Positions 12,888 through 24,864 of a stretch of DNA of 36,769 nucleotides are shown here, piece after piece. This DNA is from Nemertoderma westbladi. Lineage: Eukaryota > Animalia > Xenacoelomorpha. The notes under the pieces are model-generated. The model did no database searches. It was given only the letters and a program-made list of their open reading frames with translations, and had not been told where the DNA came from. Location: the NCBI GenBank assembly GCA_032718475.1, contig JAUCBJ010001857.1, positions 1 to 36,769 on the forward strand, given 5' to 3'. Numbering within the stretch: position 1 is the stretch's first letter; each line of letters starts with the position of its first letter. The position numbers and the translations under genes are program-made.

Positions 12888-14271
12888 CCCTATTACCACT
12901 GGGGTATTTAGACCATTAACAGCACTGGTGGGGGGTTGATTCGGCCCCCCACTGTATTTTTGTAATCATCCAATCCAAATAATCATCCTACGAAATTTGG
13001 GCTGTAAGTGAAAAAATTATCGAAAAACATTTTCAAATAAAAAAAAAAGGAAAATTTCATAACGTGGGAATAATAATTTTCATTAAAAATAGAAGTAGTC
13101 CCAGGACAAAATATAAATTTTTTGATATTCTAAAAACTAATAGTGTGGCATTGTTGGATAGCGTTAGTAGGTTTTTCACTACGCTGAATCAAATGTGATT
13201 ATGTTCCATTTCGTAAAATTGAACTGGATGCTATTTTTCGTGCACCTAAGAAGTGGGCGTGGCACTTCAAATTTTGACAAAAGCGATATTCGGAAAATAC
13301 CCCCACCTTTTGATTTCAACGCATTTTTATAGGTTTACTGGACCGCTGAATCGATTGAAAATATTATAGAAGCCTGAAGACTTAGTGGATCGTCCTTTTT
13401 AAGCACCAAAATTAGGGTGTGGCACTTCAAATATTAAAAAATACGATATTTGGAAAATCGATTGAAAATATTATAGAAGACTGAAGACTTAGTGGTTCGG
13501 CATTTTTGGTGCACCAAAATTAGGGAGTGGCACTTATTCAAATTTTGAAAAAGTACCACGCCCTAATTTTAGTGTACCAATAATGACGTACCACTAAGTC
13601 TTCATGCTTCTATATTACTTTCAATTGATTCAGCGGTCCAGATAACCTATAAAGATTGGTTGAAATGAAAACCTTGTGGTATTTTCTGAATATCGTAATT
13701 TTGAAAATTTGAAATAGGCCTACTTGCCACGCCCTAAATTTGGTGCACCAAAAATGATGTACCATTAAGAATTGAGACTTCTATATTACTTTCAATCGAT
13801 TAAGCGGGCCAAAAAACCCATAAAAATGTGTTGAAATCAAAACTTCAGAGTATTTAACGAATATTGCAATTTTGAAAATTTGAAGTGCCACGACCTAATT
13901 TTAGTGCACCAAAAATGACGTACCACTTCCCTTACATACTTATATATAGTAGTAGAGTGCTCCATACGAATCAGAATCAATAAAAAAAAGCCCCAACATA
14001 AAGAATGACTAACTCACAAATGACCTTGTAAAATTCGATAATAAATAAAATTAAAGTAAAATTTCTGCTGGGGACCAAATTTTGAGGTGGCACCCACATC
14101 GAAAAGTTGAAAGCTAATTGCAAAGACGTTTTTTGCAAAAGATGCGCCATTAAATTTGACTAATTCTCGTAAAAAATTGGGCTGGTACATAATGTGGTTG
14201 TATAGATACAGCAATTAAAAACTAGGAATGGGCCGATTCGCCCCCCCCCCCCCTCCCCAGTGGTAATAGGG
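12888..14271. mobile_element. Non-autonomous piggyBac-like element (CCC..GGG termini, TTAA TSD)
   Basis: TTAA|ccctattaccactgggg ... ccccagtggtaataggg|TTAA: perfect 17-bp TIR, TTAA at 12884-12887 and 14272-14275. The interior has ~160-bp subrepeats (gtggcacttcaaa..) that switch orientation near 13540. Confidence 0.92.
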
Positions 14272-14477
14272 TTAATGTTAAGCTATTGTTTGGTGCATAT
14301 TATTTATTGGTACAGTGCATTATAACCAACCTACATAGGTAACGGCATCCTAATAGTATGCCGTCAACAATTGATAGAGAGAGAAAGATTTATCAAGACA
14401 CAGTAACCGATTAATCAAAATGGCATAAGCCATTAGCAGAACAGCGGCCCTGAAGCTTCATTTGTCATATATATAGA

Positions 14478-15063
14478 TAGATTTATTTATACATTATGTA
14501 AAAACAATAACAAATACACCAAACAATGTACCGGTATAAAGGTATTGTCCAACATAACATATAGGATTACCCCTAAAGCTTTGCAGCTTATTTCCAAGGG
14601 GGTCCTTTATGTTACTTGGTTACAAATACAATATTACACTACGCTAACCTAAAACCAATATAAAACGTAATTACACTATGTACATGTACAACTTTACCGA
14701 GAGCGTGACAATGTCCGACGCAACGATAAAGATATAATGTACAGAACAATTTATTATAAAACGTAATTACAGTATAAATAGCAAATAATTAATAAACTAA
14801 TAACTTACTGTAGTACTATTGTACCTATTTTTACATTGCACACGGAGGTGAGATTTAAGCAAGCGTCAAGCACTCTGTTTTGAATTTGTATTTAAGGTAA
14901 TTGGGACACTTACCATTATACATACGCACATGGTTAAGGCGTAGCTGCTTAACTCTACTATCTAAGATTCCAGATTCAGAAAAGTCATCTGGATTTAGGT
15001 GGTGCCCAGTTTTGTAGTCTTTATTAAATCGAGCTACTTGTAATTTACATTTAAGCTGTTTGG
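14478..15063 (-). mobile_element. 3'-end relic of an L2/Crack-like LINE
   Basis: Minus strand 15063-14880 reads KQLKCKLQVARFNKDYKTGHHL..SRVKQLRLNHVRMYNGKCPNYLKYKF, like the C-terminus of L2/Crack ORF2. There is a stem-loop (aagct-ttgc-agctt flanked by cccct/agggg) at ~14564-14605 and a (TTTA)n tail near 14480. It is cut at a TTAA by the next element. Confidence 0.6.
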
Positions 15064-15067
15064 TTAA

Positions 15068-16300
15068 CCCTATTAGTACCGGGCTATAAAATTAAAATGT
15101 TGAACAAACACCGAGGGGGGGGGGTCTTATTGACCCCCCCCCCCCCCCCCAAAAAAAAAAAATTTAAAGTTACATTTTTCGGCTATTTGTTTTTCAATAC
15201 AGGTTTTCTGGGGCGCAGATTACATTGTAAAATATTTAAAAATTATATGATTACTATAAATGGCTGTTTAGTCCACACTGCGTAGGAAAAAAATGAAAAA
15301 AAAAGTAACCAGCACTTTTCAGTTAGAACACAAACTTTTTAATTCACATATACGATGCTATAAATTCACATTTTCAGGTTTTCTAGGGCGCTGATTCTAA
15401 TGGAATACATTTCTAATATGCCAGATCATTGCTACTTGTATTTTTCGGCGTAATTTGGCAAATTTTGGTGCTAGGGACAAATTTCGTACCCATCACCAAA
15501 AAGTACAAGTTTACGATGTTCAGTGCTGTTTTTATTGATTCCATCGGATTCGGGACCCTAATAAACCCGTATAACGCAAGAAACAAGATGATACTATCTA
15601 CTGAATAAATTTGGTTATTTTCAAAAATTTGGTGCTGGCACAACAATTTTCACCCACCGGCGAAAAAAATAAGTTTGATAACTCTTATTAAATTTTTACT
15701 GATTCCATTGAATTCAGAACCCTCACAAACCCGTATAACGCAAGAAACAAGGTTGATATATTTGATGGTTTTCAAAATTTGGTGCTAGCACCACATTTGG
15801 CACCCACTTTCGAAAAATACAAGTTTGAGATGTCTAGTTCGATAATTATAATATTCCGTTGAATTCAGAACAGCCATAAACCTCTAAAACGCAAGAAATA
15901 AATTGTCACAAGCAATTTTATCTATTGAATGTATTTTCAAAATTTATTGCTAGCAAATAAATTTGCACACAGCACCGAAAAATACAAGTTTGATACCCTT
16001 GGTGCAACTCGTATATATTCCATCAAAACCAAAACCCAAAAAAATCCCAATTGCGTAAAAAACAAGTTTCAAACAATCAATTTACAATCACCCGGGTGAT
16101 AAATGTTTTTCACCCGGGTGATAAATGTTTTTCATCCGGGTGATAAAAGTTTTTCACCCGGGTGAAAAATAATTTGAAAAATGGAAATAAATGGCCGCAA
16201 TCAGCCACCGTAGGTTGGAGCTAACTTTACCTATTGAGACACTTTATACCACATTTTTAAAAAATTTCTTATGGATTTTAAAATTTCTTATGGATTCTTT
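15068..16300. mobile_element. Truncated non-autonomous piggyBac-like element (left end only)
   Basis: TTAA|ccctattagtaccggg resembles the 12888 TIR. It has the same G-run/C-run subterminal layout and ~150-165-bp subrepeats (aacgcaagaaacaag, aaatttggtgctagca). No matching right TIR was found, so the right boundary is approximate. Confidence 0.65.
16089..16169. repeat. 22-bp tandem repeat (about 4 copies) built on the palindrome TCACCCGGGTGA
   Basis: cacccgggtgataaatgttttt is repeated. The last unit forms a perfect 20-bp palindrome tttttcacccgggtgaaaaa (16150-16169). Confidence 0.9.
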
Positions 16301-16514
16301 GGGATTTTAACTAAAAAAACTTAATTTATTAATTATTGTATTATTATTGTTGTATTGAGTACCACAGTACACAGTACCATAGGTATATTGGTCGAAAGTA
16401 TAATCAGTATATTTCCGAAATATTGCACTTGAATTTATCATTATAATAATCAAATCAAAAGTATCTAAAAGTAAAGCTTTTGAATTAGCCAGTCATCGCC
16501 CGCGTATGGCATTT

Positions 16515-16772
16515 GGCTCGGTGGAGGGGTCGGTTGGAATGGTTCGGCCGTGAATGGGGGGTGGTTCGGTAGTGGGTTGGGTAGGAATGGTTCGGTCGCG
16601 AAGGGGTGGTTTGGGGTGGGTTGGGAAGAAATGGTTCGGCCGCGAATTGGTGGTTCGGTGGTGGGGTGGTTTGAAATGGTTCGGGGGTGGATTGGGAAGC
16701 AATGGTTCGGCCGCGTAGGGATGGTTCGGTGGTGGGATGGGAAGAAATGGTTTGGCCGCGAAAGGGTGGTTC
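16515..16772. repeat. G-rich degenerate minisatellite (~45-bp unit, core aatggttcggccgcgaa..ggtggttcgg)
   Basis: About six recurrences of aatggttcgg with GGG/GGGG runs in otherwise AT-rich sequence. The overlapping Pro-rich and Gly-rich ORFs are by-products of the repeat. Confidence 0.8.
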
Positions 16773-17149
16773 ACTACACCAACATGCCAATCACCCACCT
16801 CCACCCAATGCAGCTTGAACTTCAACTGGGTGATCGGCGGCTGGAAGGACGGCCATTGCCTGCTTGTCAGTCCCCAAACAGCACGCCATATGGTCTAGGT
16901 GGCGAGTTAGGCGTTGGTTAACAACATCGTCCTGAAGTAACGGAATATGTTCCACATAACCATTCATTGCTTCTTTGGCTGCTATTATACGCTGTAATCC
17001 GTACCTGTGCTTGAGGCTGTTACTAAGAATACCATAGAATACATACAATATTATATTAAAATATTGTATGTGAGGTTGTCGAAGAACATACAGTATGAAA
17101 GATAGTAAAATCCCCCCCCCCCCCCCCCCCCGTAACCCACCGTAATTCA

Positions 17150-17240
17150 ACTGGTGCTCATCATGAAAGGCTGAGTCGACCCTGGCAGAACTAAACCTAC
17201 AATCGGTAGATTGCAGGGCCGGGAATGCAATCTAACCAAA
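17150..17240 (-). mobile_element. Possible short relic of a tRNA-derived SINE
   Basis: atgaaaggctgagtcgaccctggcagaactaaacc resembles a reversed SINE core plus a decayed B box. Recognised from memory only, and the segment is short. Confidence 0.3.
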
Positions 17241-17926
17241 ATAATAATGTACCAATAAATCTATACTCACAAAATAATTTGACTCAAATTTTACTAATTA
17301 TACTGAATTTACTGTAGCTAAATATATTTATTGTAGCTAAATTTTAACACTTAGTAGCTAGTGGGCAAATGTTCCTACATTATTCGCAATATTACATTCT
17401 GGAATGCTTATAAATAAAATTTGTAGTTTAATGTACATTTTTAACATTGCTCCTGAATTATTTAATGAATACATTTTTTGTTTGTTATGGATAATATTGT
17501 CAGGGGATCTAGGTTGGTGACTTGTTGACACCTAGAAACCAAGCGAGTTTGTTGTTGAGCTATAGCTTTACTGGGCAAAGTGGTTTTAATTGTACTGGAT
17601 CTTGTGGAGAACTCAGCTAGTTGCGTCTTTAACTTCCACATAATATATTGTTTATAAAAGGTATAATAGTAAATAAATCACAGATAGATAACTAGCTGCT
17701 AATGAATGACCCGAGTCGTGCCGGACTTTGGTTCAGCACAGGTTGAAAACTATAAGTCAGTCTTTGCTCTAAGCTCTAATAACTATGGGATTAGTACAGA
17801 AAATAAATGTACCTGCCAAGTGAGCGAATAGAATAGATCTAATACATATTACCTTTACCTCTCAGGAATGCCGATTGGATAATGGTATGACAGTTTCGGT
17901 TGCCCCTGATTGGATGTTATAGCCAC

Positions 17927-18124
17927 AGATAGTGGCGCACATTCACCGCAAGTGAAAAATAATGATCTTCAGCAAATTGACCGCAAATAATAATGCATAG
18001 TTTATTGTATTGGTTCAAAAACACAACCACTGTAACGTGCTCCTTTCCCTTAATGTTTTAAAGTAAATTAATTTTTCAAACTAAAATGTATCTTTTTTGC
18101 GGTCATTTTGCGCCATTCGCTCTA
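17927..18124. mobile_element. Possible ~200-bp MITE
   Basis: Imperfect inverted repeats tggcgcacattcaccgcaa (from 17933) and ttgcggtcattttgcgcca (to 18115). No clear TSD. Confidence 0.4.
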
Positions 18125-18314
18125 TCGCCAGCTACAAATATATTGAGTAGCAATATATGACTAATCGTTGTTTGCATGTTACGATATCAGCGTTCCCTTT
18201 AAATAATGATAGCATCAAAATACTAGCGGTTCGCCTATGGCGGTTTAGCCACTGTGCATCTCATGGCATGATGTATAAACAATATATAACATAGTTCCTG
18301 TATAACAAATGCAA

Positions 18315-21300
18315 TAGCTAGCGCAATGTGTGGTTCAACTGTTTGGTCCCATAGCTAGCACAATGTGTGGTTCAACTGTTTGATCAGCTAGCACAATGTG
18401 TGTTTCAACTGTTTGGTCAGCTAGCACAATGTGTGGTTCAACTGTTTTGTCCCATAGCTAGCACAATGTGTGGTTCAACTGTTTGGTCCCATAGCTAGCA
18501 CAATGTGTGGTTCAACTGTTTGGTCAGCTAGCACAATGTGTGGTTCAACTGTTTTGTCATCTGTTTGGTCCCATAGCTAGCACAATGTGTGGTTCAACTG
18601 TTTGGTCCCATAGCTAGCACAATGTGTGGTTCAACTGTTTTGTCCCATAGCTAGCACAATATGTGGTTCAACTGTTTGATCAGCTAGCACAATGTGTGTT
18701 TCAACTTTTTGGTCAGCTAGTCTCTTTGGTCCCATCGCTAGCACAATGTGTGGGTGGTTCAACTGTTTGGTCCCATAGCTAGCACAATGTGTGGTTCAAC
18801 TGTTTGGTCCCATAGCTAACACAATGTGTGGTTCAACTGTTTGGTCCCATAGCTAGCACAATGTGTGGTTCAACTGTTTGGTCCCATAGCTAGCACAATG
18901 TGTGGTTCAACTGTTTGGTCCCATAGCTAGCACAATGTGTGGTTCAACTGTTTGGTCCCATAGCTAGCACAGTGTGTGGTTCAACTGTTTGGTCCCATAG
19001 CTAGCACAGTGGGTGGTTCAACTGTTTGGTCCCATAGCTAGCACAATGTGTGGTTCAACTGTTTGCTCCCATAGCTAGCACAGTGTGTGGTTCAACTGTT
19101 TGGTCCCATAGCTAGCTAGCACAATGTGTGGTTCAACTGTTTGGTCCCATAGCTAGCACAATGTATGGTGCAACTGTTTGGTCCCAGAGCTAGCACAATG
19201 TGTGGTTCAACTGTTTGGTCCCATAGCTAGCACAATGTGTGGTTCAACTGTTTGGTCCAATAGCTAGAACAATGTGTGGTTCAACTATTTGGTCCCATAG
19301 CTAGCACAATGTATGGTACAACTGTTTGGTCCCAGAGCTAGCACAATGTGTGGTTCAACTGTTTGGTCCCATAGCTAGCACAATGTGTGGTTCAACTGTT
19401 TGGTCCCATAGCTAGCACAATGTGTGGTTCAACTGTTTGGTCCCATAGCTAGCACAATGTGTGGTTCAACTGTTTGGTCCCATAGCTAGAACAATGTGTG
19501 TTTCAACTTTTGGGTCAGCTATCACAATGTGTGGTTCAACTGTTTGGTCCCATAGCTAGCACAATGTATGGTGCAACTGTTTGGTCCCATAGCTAGCATA
19601 ATGTGTGGTTCAACTGTTTGGTCCCATAGTTAGCACAATGTGTGGTTCAACTGTTTGGTTCCATAGCTAGCACAATATGTGGTTCAACTGTTTGTTCCCA
19701 TAGCTAGAACAGTGGGTGGTTCAACTGTTTGGTCCCATAGCTAGCACAATGTGTGGTTCAACTGTTTGGTCCCATAGCTAGCACAGTGTGTGGTTCAGCT
19801 GTTTGGTCCCATAGCTGGCACAATGTGTGGTTCAACTGTTTGGTCCCATAGGTAGCACAATGTGTGGTTCAACTGTTTGGTCCCATAGCTAGCACAGTGT
19901 GTGGTTCAACTGTTTGGTCCCATAGCTAGCACAATGTATGGTTCAACTGTTTGGTCCCATAGCTAGCACAGTGTGTGGTTCAGCTGTTTGGTGCCATAGC
20001 TGGCACAATGTGTGGTTCAACTGTTTGGTCCCATAGCTAGCACAATGTGTGGTTCAACTGTTTGGTCCCATAGCTAGCACAATGTATGGTTCAACTGTTT
20101 GGTCACCTAGCACAATGTGTGGTTCAACTGTTTGGTCCCATAGCTAGAACAATGTGAGATTCAACTGTTTGGACCCATAGCTAGCACAGTGTGTGGTTCA
20201 ACTGTTTGGTCCCATAGCTAGCACAATGTGTGGTTCAACTGTTTTCTCCCATAGCTAGAACAATGTTTGGTTCAACTGTTTGGTCCCATAGCTAGCACAA
20301 TGTGTGGTTCAACTGTTTGGTCCCATAGCTAGCACAATGTGTAGTTCAACTGTTTGGTCCCATATCTAGCACAATGTGTGGTTCAACTGTTTGGTCCCAT
20401 AGCTAGCACAATGTGTGGTTCAACTGTTTGATCACCTAGCACAATGTGTGGTTCAACTGTTTGGTCCCATAGCTAGAACAATGTTTGGTTCAACTGTTTG
20501 GTCCCATAGCTAGCACAATGTGTGGTTCAACTGTTTGGTCACCTAGCACAATGTGTGGTTCAACTTTTTGGTCCCATAGCTAGCACAATGTGTAGTTCAA
20601 CTGTTTGGTCCCATATCTAGCACAATGTGTGGTTCAACTGTTTGGTCCCATAGCTAGCACAATGTGTGGTTCAACTGTTTGGTCACCTAGCACAATGTGT
20701 GGTTCAACTGTTTGGTCCCATAGCTAGAACAATGTGAGGTTCAACTGTTTGGTCCCATAGCTAGCACAATGTGTGGTTCAACTGTTTTGTCCCATAGTTA
20801 GAACAATGTGTGGTTCAACTGTTTGGTTCCATAGCTAGCACAATATGTGGTTCAACTGTTTGGTCCCATAGCTAGAACAATGTTTGGTTCAACTGTTTGG
20901 TCCCATAGCTAGCACAATGTGTGGTTCAACTGTTTGGTCCCATAGCTAGCACAATGTATGGTTCAACTGTTTGGTCCCATAGCTAGAACAATGTTTGGTT
21001 CAACTGTTTGGTCCCATAGCTAGCACAGTGTGTGGTTCAACTGTTTGGTCTCATAGCTAGAACAATGTGTGGTTCAACTGTTTGGTCCTATAGCTAGCAC
21101 AGTGTGTGGTTCAACTGTTTGGTCCCATAGCTAGAACAATGTGTGGTTCAACTGTTTGGTCCCATAGCTAGAACAATGTGTGGTTCAACTGTTTGGTCCC
21201 ATAGCTAGCACAATGTGTGGTTCAACTGTTTGGTCCCATAGCTAGCACAATGTGTGGTTCAACTGTTTTGTCCCATACCTAGAACAATGGTTGGTTCAAC

Positions 21301-23952
21301 TGTTTGGTCCCATAGCTAGCACAATGTGTGGTTCAACTGTTTGGTCCCATAGCTAGCCCAATGTGTAGTTCAACTGTTTGGTCCCATATCTAGCACAATG
21401 TGTGGTTCAACTGTTTGGTCCCATAGCTAGCACAATGTGTGGTTCAACTGTTTGGTCACCTAGCACAATGTGTGGTTCAACTGTTTGGTCCCATAGCTAG
21501 AACAATGTGAGGTTCAACTGTTTGGTCCCATAGCTAACACAATGTGTGGTTCAACTGTTTGGTCCCATAGCTAGCACAATGTATGGTGCAACTGTTTGGT
21601 CCCATAGCTAGCATAATGTGTGGTTCAACTGTTTGGTCCCATAGTTAGCACAATGTGTGGTTCAACTGTTTGGTTCCATAGCTAGCACAATATGTGGTTC
21701 AACTGTTGGGTCCCATAGCTAGCACAGTGTGTGGTTCAACTGTTTGGTCCCATAGCGAGCACAATGTGTGGGTGGTTCAACTGTTTGGTCCCATCGCTAG
21801 CACAATGTGTGGGTGGTTCAACTGTTTGGTCCCATAGCTAGCACAATGTGTGGTTCAACTGTTTGGTCCCATAGCTAGCACAATGTGTGGTTCAACTGTT
21901 TGGTCCCATAGCTAGCACAATGTGTGGTTCAACTGTTTGGTCCCATAGCTTGCACAATGTGTGGTTCAACTGTATGGTCCCATAGCTAGCACAATGTGTG
22001 GTTCAACTGTTAGGTCCCACAGCTAGCACAGTGTGTGGTTCAACTGTTCGGTCCCATAGCTAGAACAGTGGGTGGTTCAACTGTTTGGTCCCATAGCTAG
22101 CACAATGTGTGGTTCAACTGTTTGGTCCCATAGCTAGCACAGTGTGTGGTTCAGCTGTTTGGTCCCATACCTGGCACAATGTGTGGTTCAACTGTTTGGT
22201 CCCATAGCTAGCACAATGTGTGGTTCAACTGTTTGGTCCCATAGCTAGCACAGTGTGTGGTTCAACTGTTTGGTCCCATAGCTAGCACAGTGGGTGGTTC
22301 AACTGTTTGGTCCCATAGCTAGCACAATGTGTGGTTCAACTGTTTGGTCCCATAGCTAGCACAGTGTGTGGTTCAACTGTTTGGTCCCATAGCTAGCACA
22401 ATGTGTGGTTCAACTGTTTGGTCCCATAGCTAGCACAATGTGTGGTTCAACTGTTTGGTCCCATAGCTAGCACAATGTGTGGTTCAACTGTTTGGTCACC
22501 ATAGATCACACAGTGTGTGGTTCAACTGTTTGGTCCCATAGCTAGAACAATGTGTGGTTCAACTGTTTGTTACCATAGCTAGCACAATGTGTGGTTCAAC
22601 TGTTTGGTCCCATAGCTAGCACAATGTGTGGTTCAACTGTTTGGTCCCATAGCTAGCACAATGTGTGGTTCAACTGTTTGGTCCCATAGCTAGAACAATG
22701 TGTGGTTCAACTGTTTGTTACCATAGCTAGCACAATGTGTGGTTCAACTGTTTGGTCCCATAGCTAGCACAATGTGTGGTTCAACTGTTTGTTACCATAG
22801 CTAGCACAATGTGTGGTTCAACTGTTTGGTCCCATAGCTAGCACAATGTGTGGTTCAACTGTTTGGTCCCATAGCTAGCACAATGTGTGGTTCAACTGTT
22901 TGGTCCCATAGCTAGCACAATGTGTGGTTCAACTGTTTGGTCCCATAGATAACACAGTGTGTGGTTCAACTGTTTGGTCCCATAGCTAGCACAGTGTGTG
23001 GTTCAACTGTTTGGTCCCAGAGCTAGCACAATGTGTTGTTCAACTGTTTGGTCCCATAGCTAGCACAATGTGTGGTTCAACTGTTTGGTCCCATAGCTAG
23101 CACAATGTGTGGTTCAACTGTTTGGTCCCATAGCTAGCACAATGTGTGGTTCAACTGTTTGGTCCCATAGCTAGCACAGTGTGTGGTTCAACTGTTTGGT
23201 CCCATAGCTAGCACAGTGTGTGGTTCAACTGTTTGGTCCCAGAGCTAGCACAATGTGTTGTTCAACTGTTTGGTCCCATAGCTAGCACAATGTGTGGTTC
23301 AACTGTTTGGTCCCATAGCTAGCACAATGTGTGGTTCAACTGTTTGGTCCCATAGCTAGCACAATGTGTGGTTCAACTGTTTGGTCCCATAGATAACACA
23401 GTGTGTGGTTCAACTGTTTGGTCCCATAGCTAGCACAGTGTGTGGTTCAACTGTTTGGTCCCATAGCTAGCACAATGTGTGGTTCAACTGTTTGGTCCCA
23501 TAGCTAGCACAATGTGTGGTTCAACTGTTTGGTCCCATAGATAACACAGTGTGTGGTTCAACTGTTTGGTCCCATAGCTAGCACAGTGTGTGGTTCAACT
23601 GTTTGGTCACATAGCGAGCACAATGTGTGGTTCAACTGTTTGGTCCCATAGCTAGCACAATGTGTGGTTCAACTGTTTGGTCCCATAGCTAGCACAGTGT
23701 GTGGTTCAACTGTTTGGTCCCATAGCGAGCACAATGTGTGGTTCAACTGTTTGGTCCCATAGCTAGCACAGTGTGTGGTTCAACTGTTTGGTCACATATC
23801 TAGCACAATGTGAGGTTCAACTGTTTGGTCCCATAGCTAGCACAGTGTGTGGTTCAACTGTTTGGTCCCATAGCGAGCACAATGTGTGGTTCAACTGTTT
23901 GGTCCCATAGCTAGCACAATGTGTGGTTCAACTGTTTGGTCCCATAGCTAGC
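18315..23952. repeat. Satellite/minisatellite array: 37-bp unit TAGCTAGCACAATGTGTGGTTCAACTGTTTGGTCCCA, ~150 head-to-tail copies (5.6 kb), intronic
   Basis: Directly visible; period 37 (e.g. 18611 to 18648). There are 33-bp (ggtcagctag/ggtcacctag) and 40/41-bp variants, and no unique spacers. Confidence 0.98.
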
Positions 23953-24811
23953 TGACTCTATTGGGTAGCAATCCCCTTTTGGTAGATCATAATAACTGCC
24001 CTGAAATGGTTGATGGCAATTATTATTATTTTTTAATATCATTGTTAAATTTCATTATATCTCTAATTTCATTAATTTTTTCTTAATTTGGAAAATAAAA
24101 ATGTACGCAAAGAGAAAAGAAAATTGATCTCAATATCCAATATTGGTTTAGGTAGTTAAGCAGCTTTCTAGTTACGTAATAAATATTCGAGAACACTAAA
24201 TTATTTTAATATTGAGTAAGGCAACATCGAGAGTTGAAGAGTACAATAATTTGAATCACAGTAATTATGGAAGCAATATAGTAAAATACTACAGTTCAAT
24301 TTAATTTGTAACACTACTGTACTGCAGTATTTCTCTATGTTTTATTAAAGAATTGACAAACAAAAAAAGTACCAATTTAAGAATAAAATTACGTATTACA
24401 TGGGAAAAAAAACATTTTTTTTTTCAATATTCTCTCGACCATTTATTAACCTCGCTGACGCTCGGTAAATAAAGTGCCTCGAGAATAATGAAAAAAAGTT
24501 CTACCTTTTTTCCCTATTTTACTACACCTATTGATTAAATAAATATATTGGAAATTGATAATATTGTATTTGTCTGTGTGTATAGCTGTAATTTCAACCA
24601 CCAAAATATTTATTTTTATTTCGATCCAGACAATTTCAACCGTGAACAATTCCAACCCATTTCAGAATTTTCATGTTTTTTACATTTGTCGCAATTGTCA
24701 GAGTCGGAATAGTGCTATCTTTATTTATGCTATGTGTCGCTTTATTACATCTTTAGGAGTTAGGACCAGGCAGGGGTAGACTTGACAAATTTATTCAATT
24801 TTGTAATATAT

Positions 24812-24842
<31 letters not shown>

Positions 24843-24864
24843 AATGGTGTTTTTTAATGTGCAG

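Noticed and set aside
16485-16921. Pro-rich and Gly/Trp-rich ORFs
   Set aside because: These are translations of the G-rich minisatellite in several frames.
18315-23952. CRISPR array (37-bp repeat length is CRISPR-like)
   Set aside because: The units are head-to-tail with no unique spacers, there are no cas genes, and the context is a eukaryotic intron.
24446-24780. Another TTAA-flanked element beginning ttaacctcgctgacg
   Set aside because: No convincing matching TIR or second TTAA.
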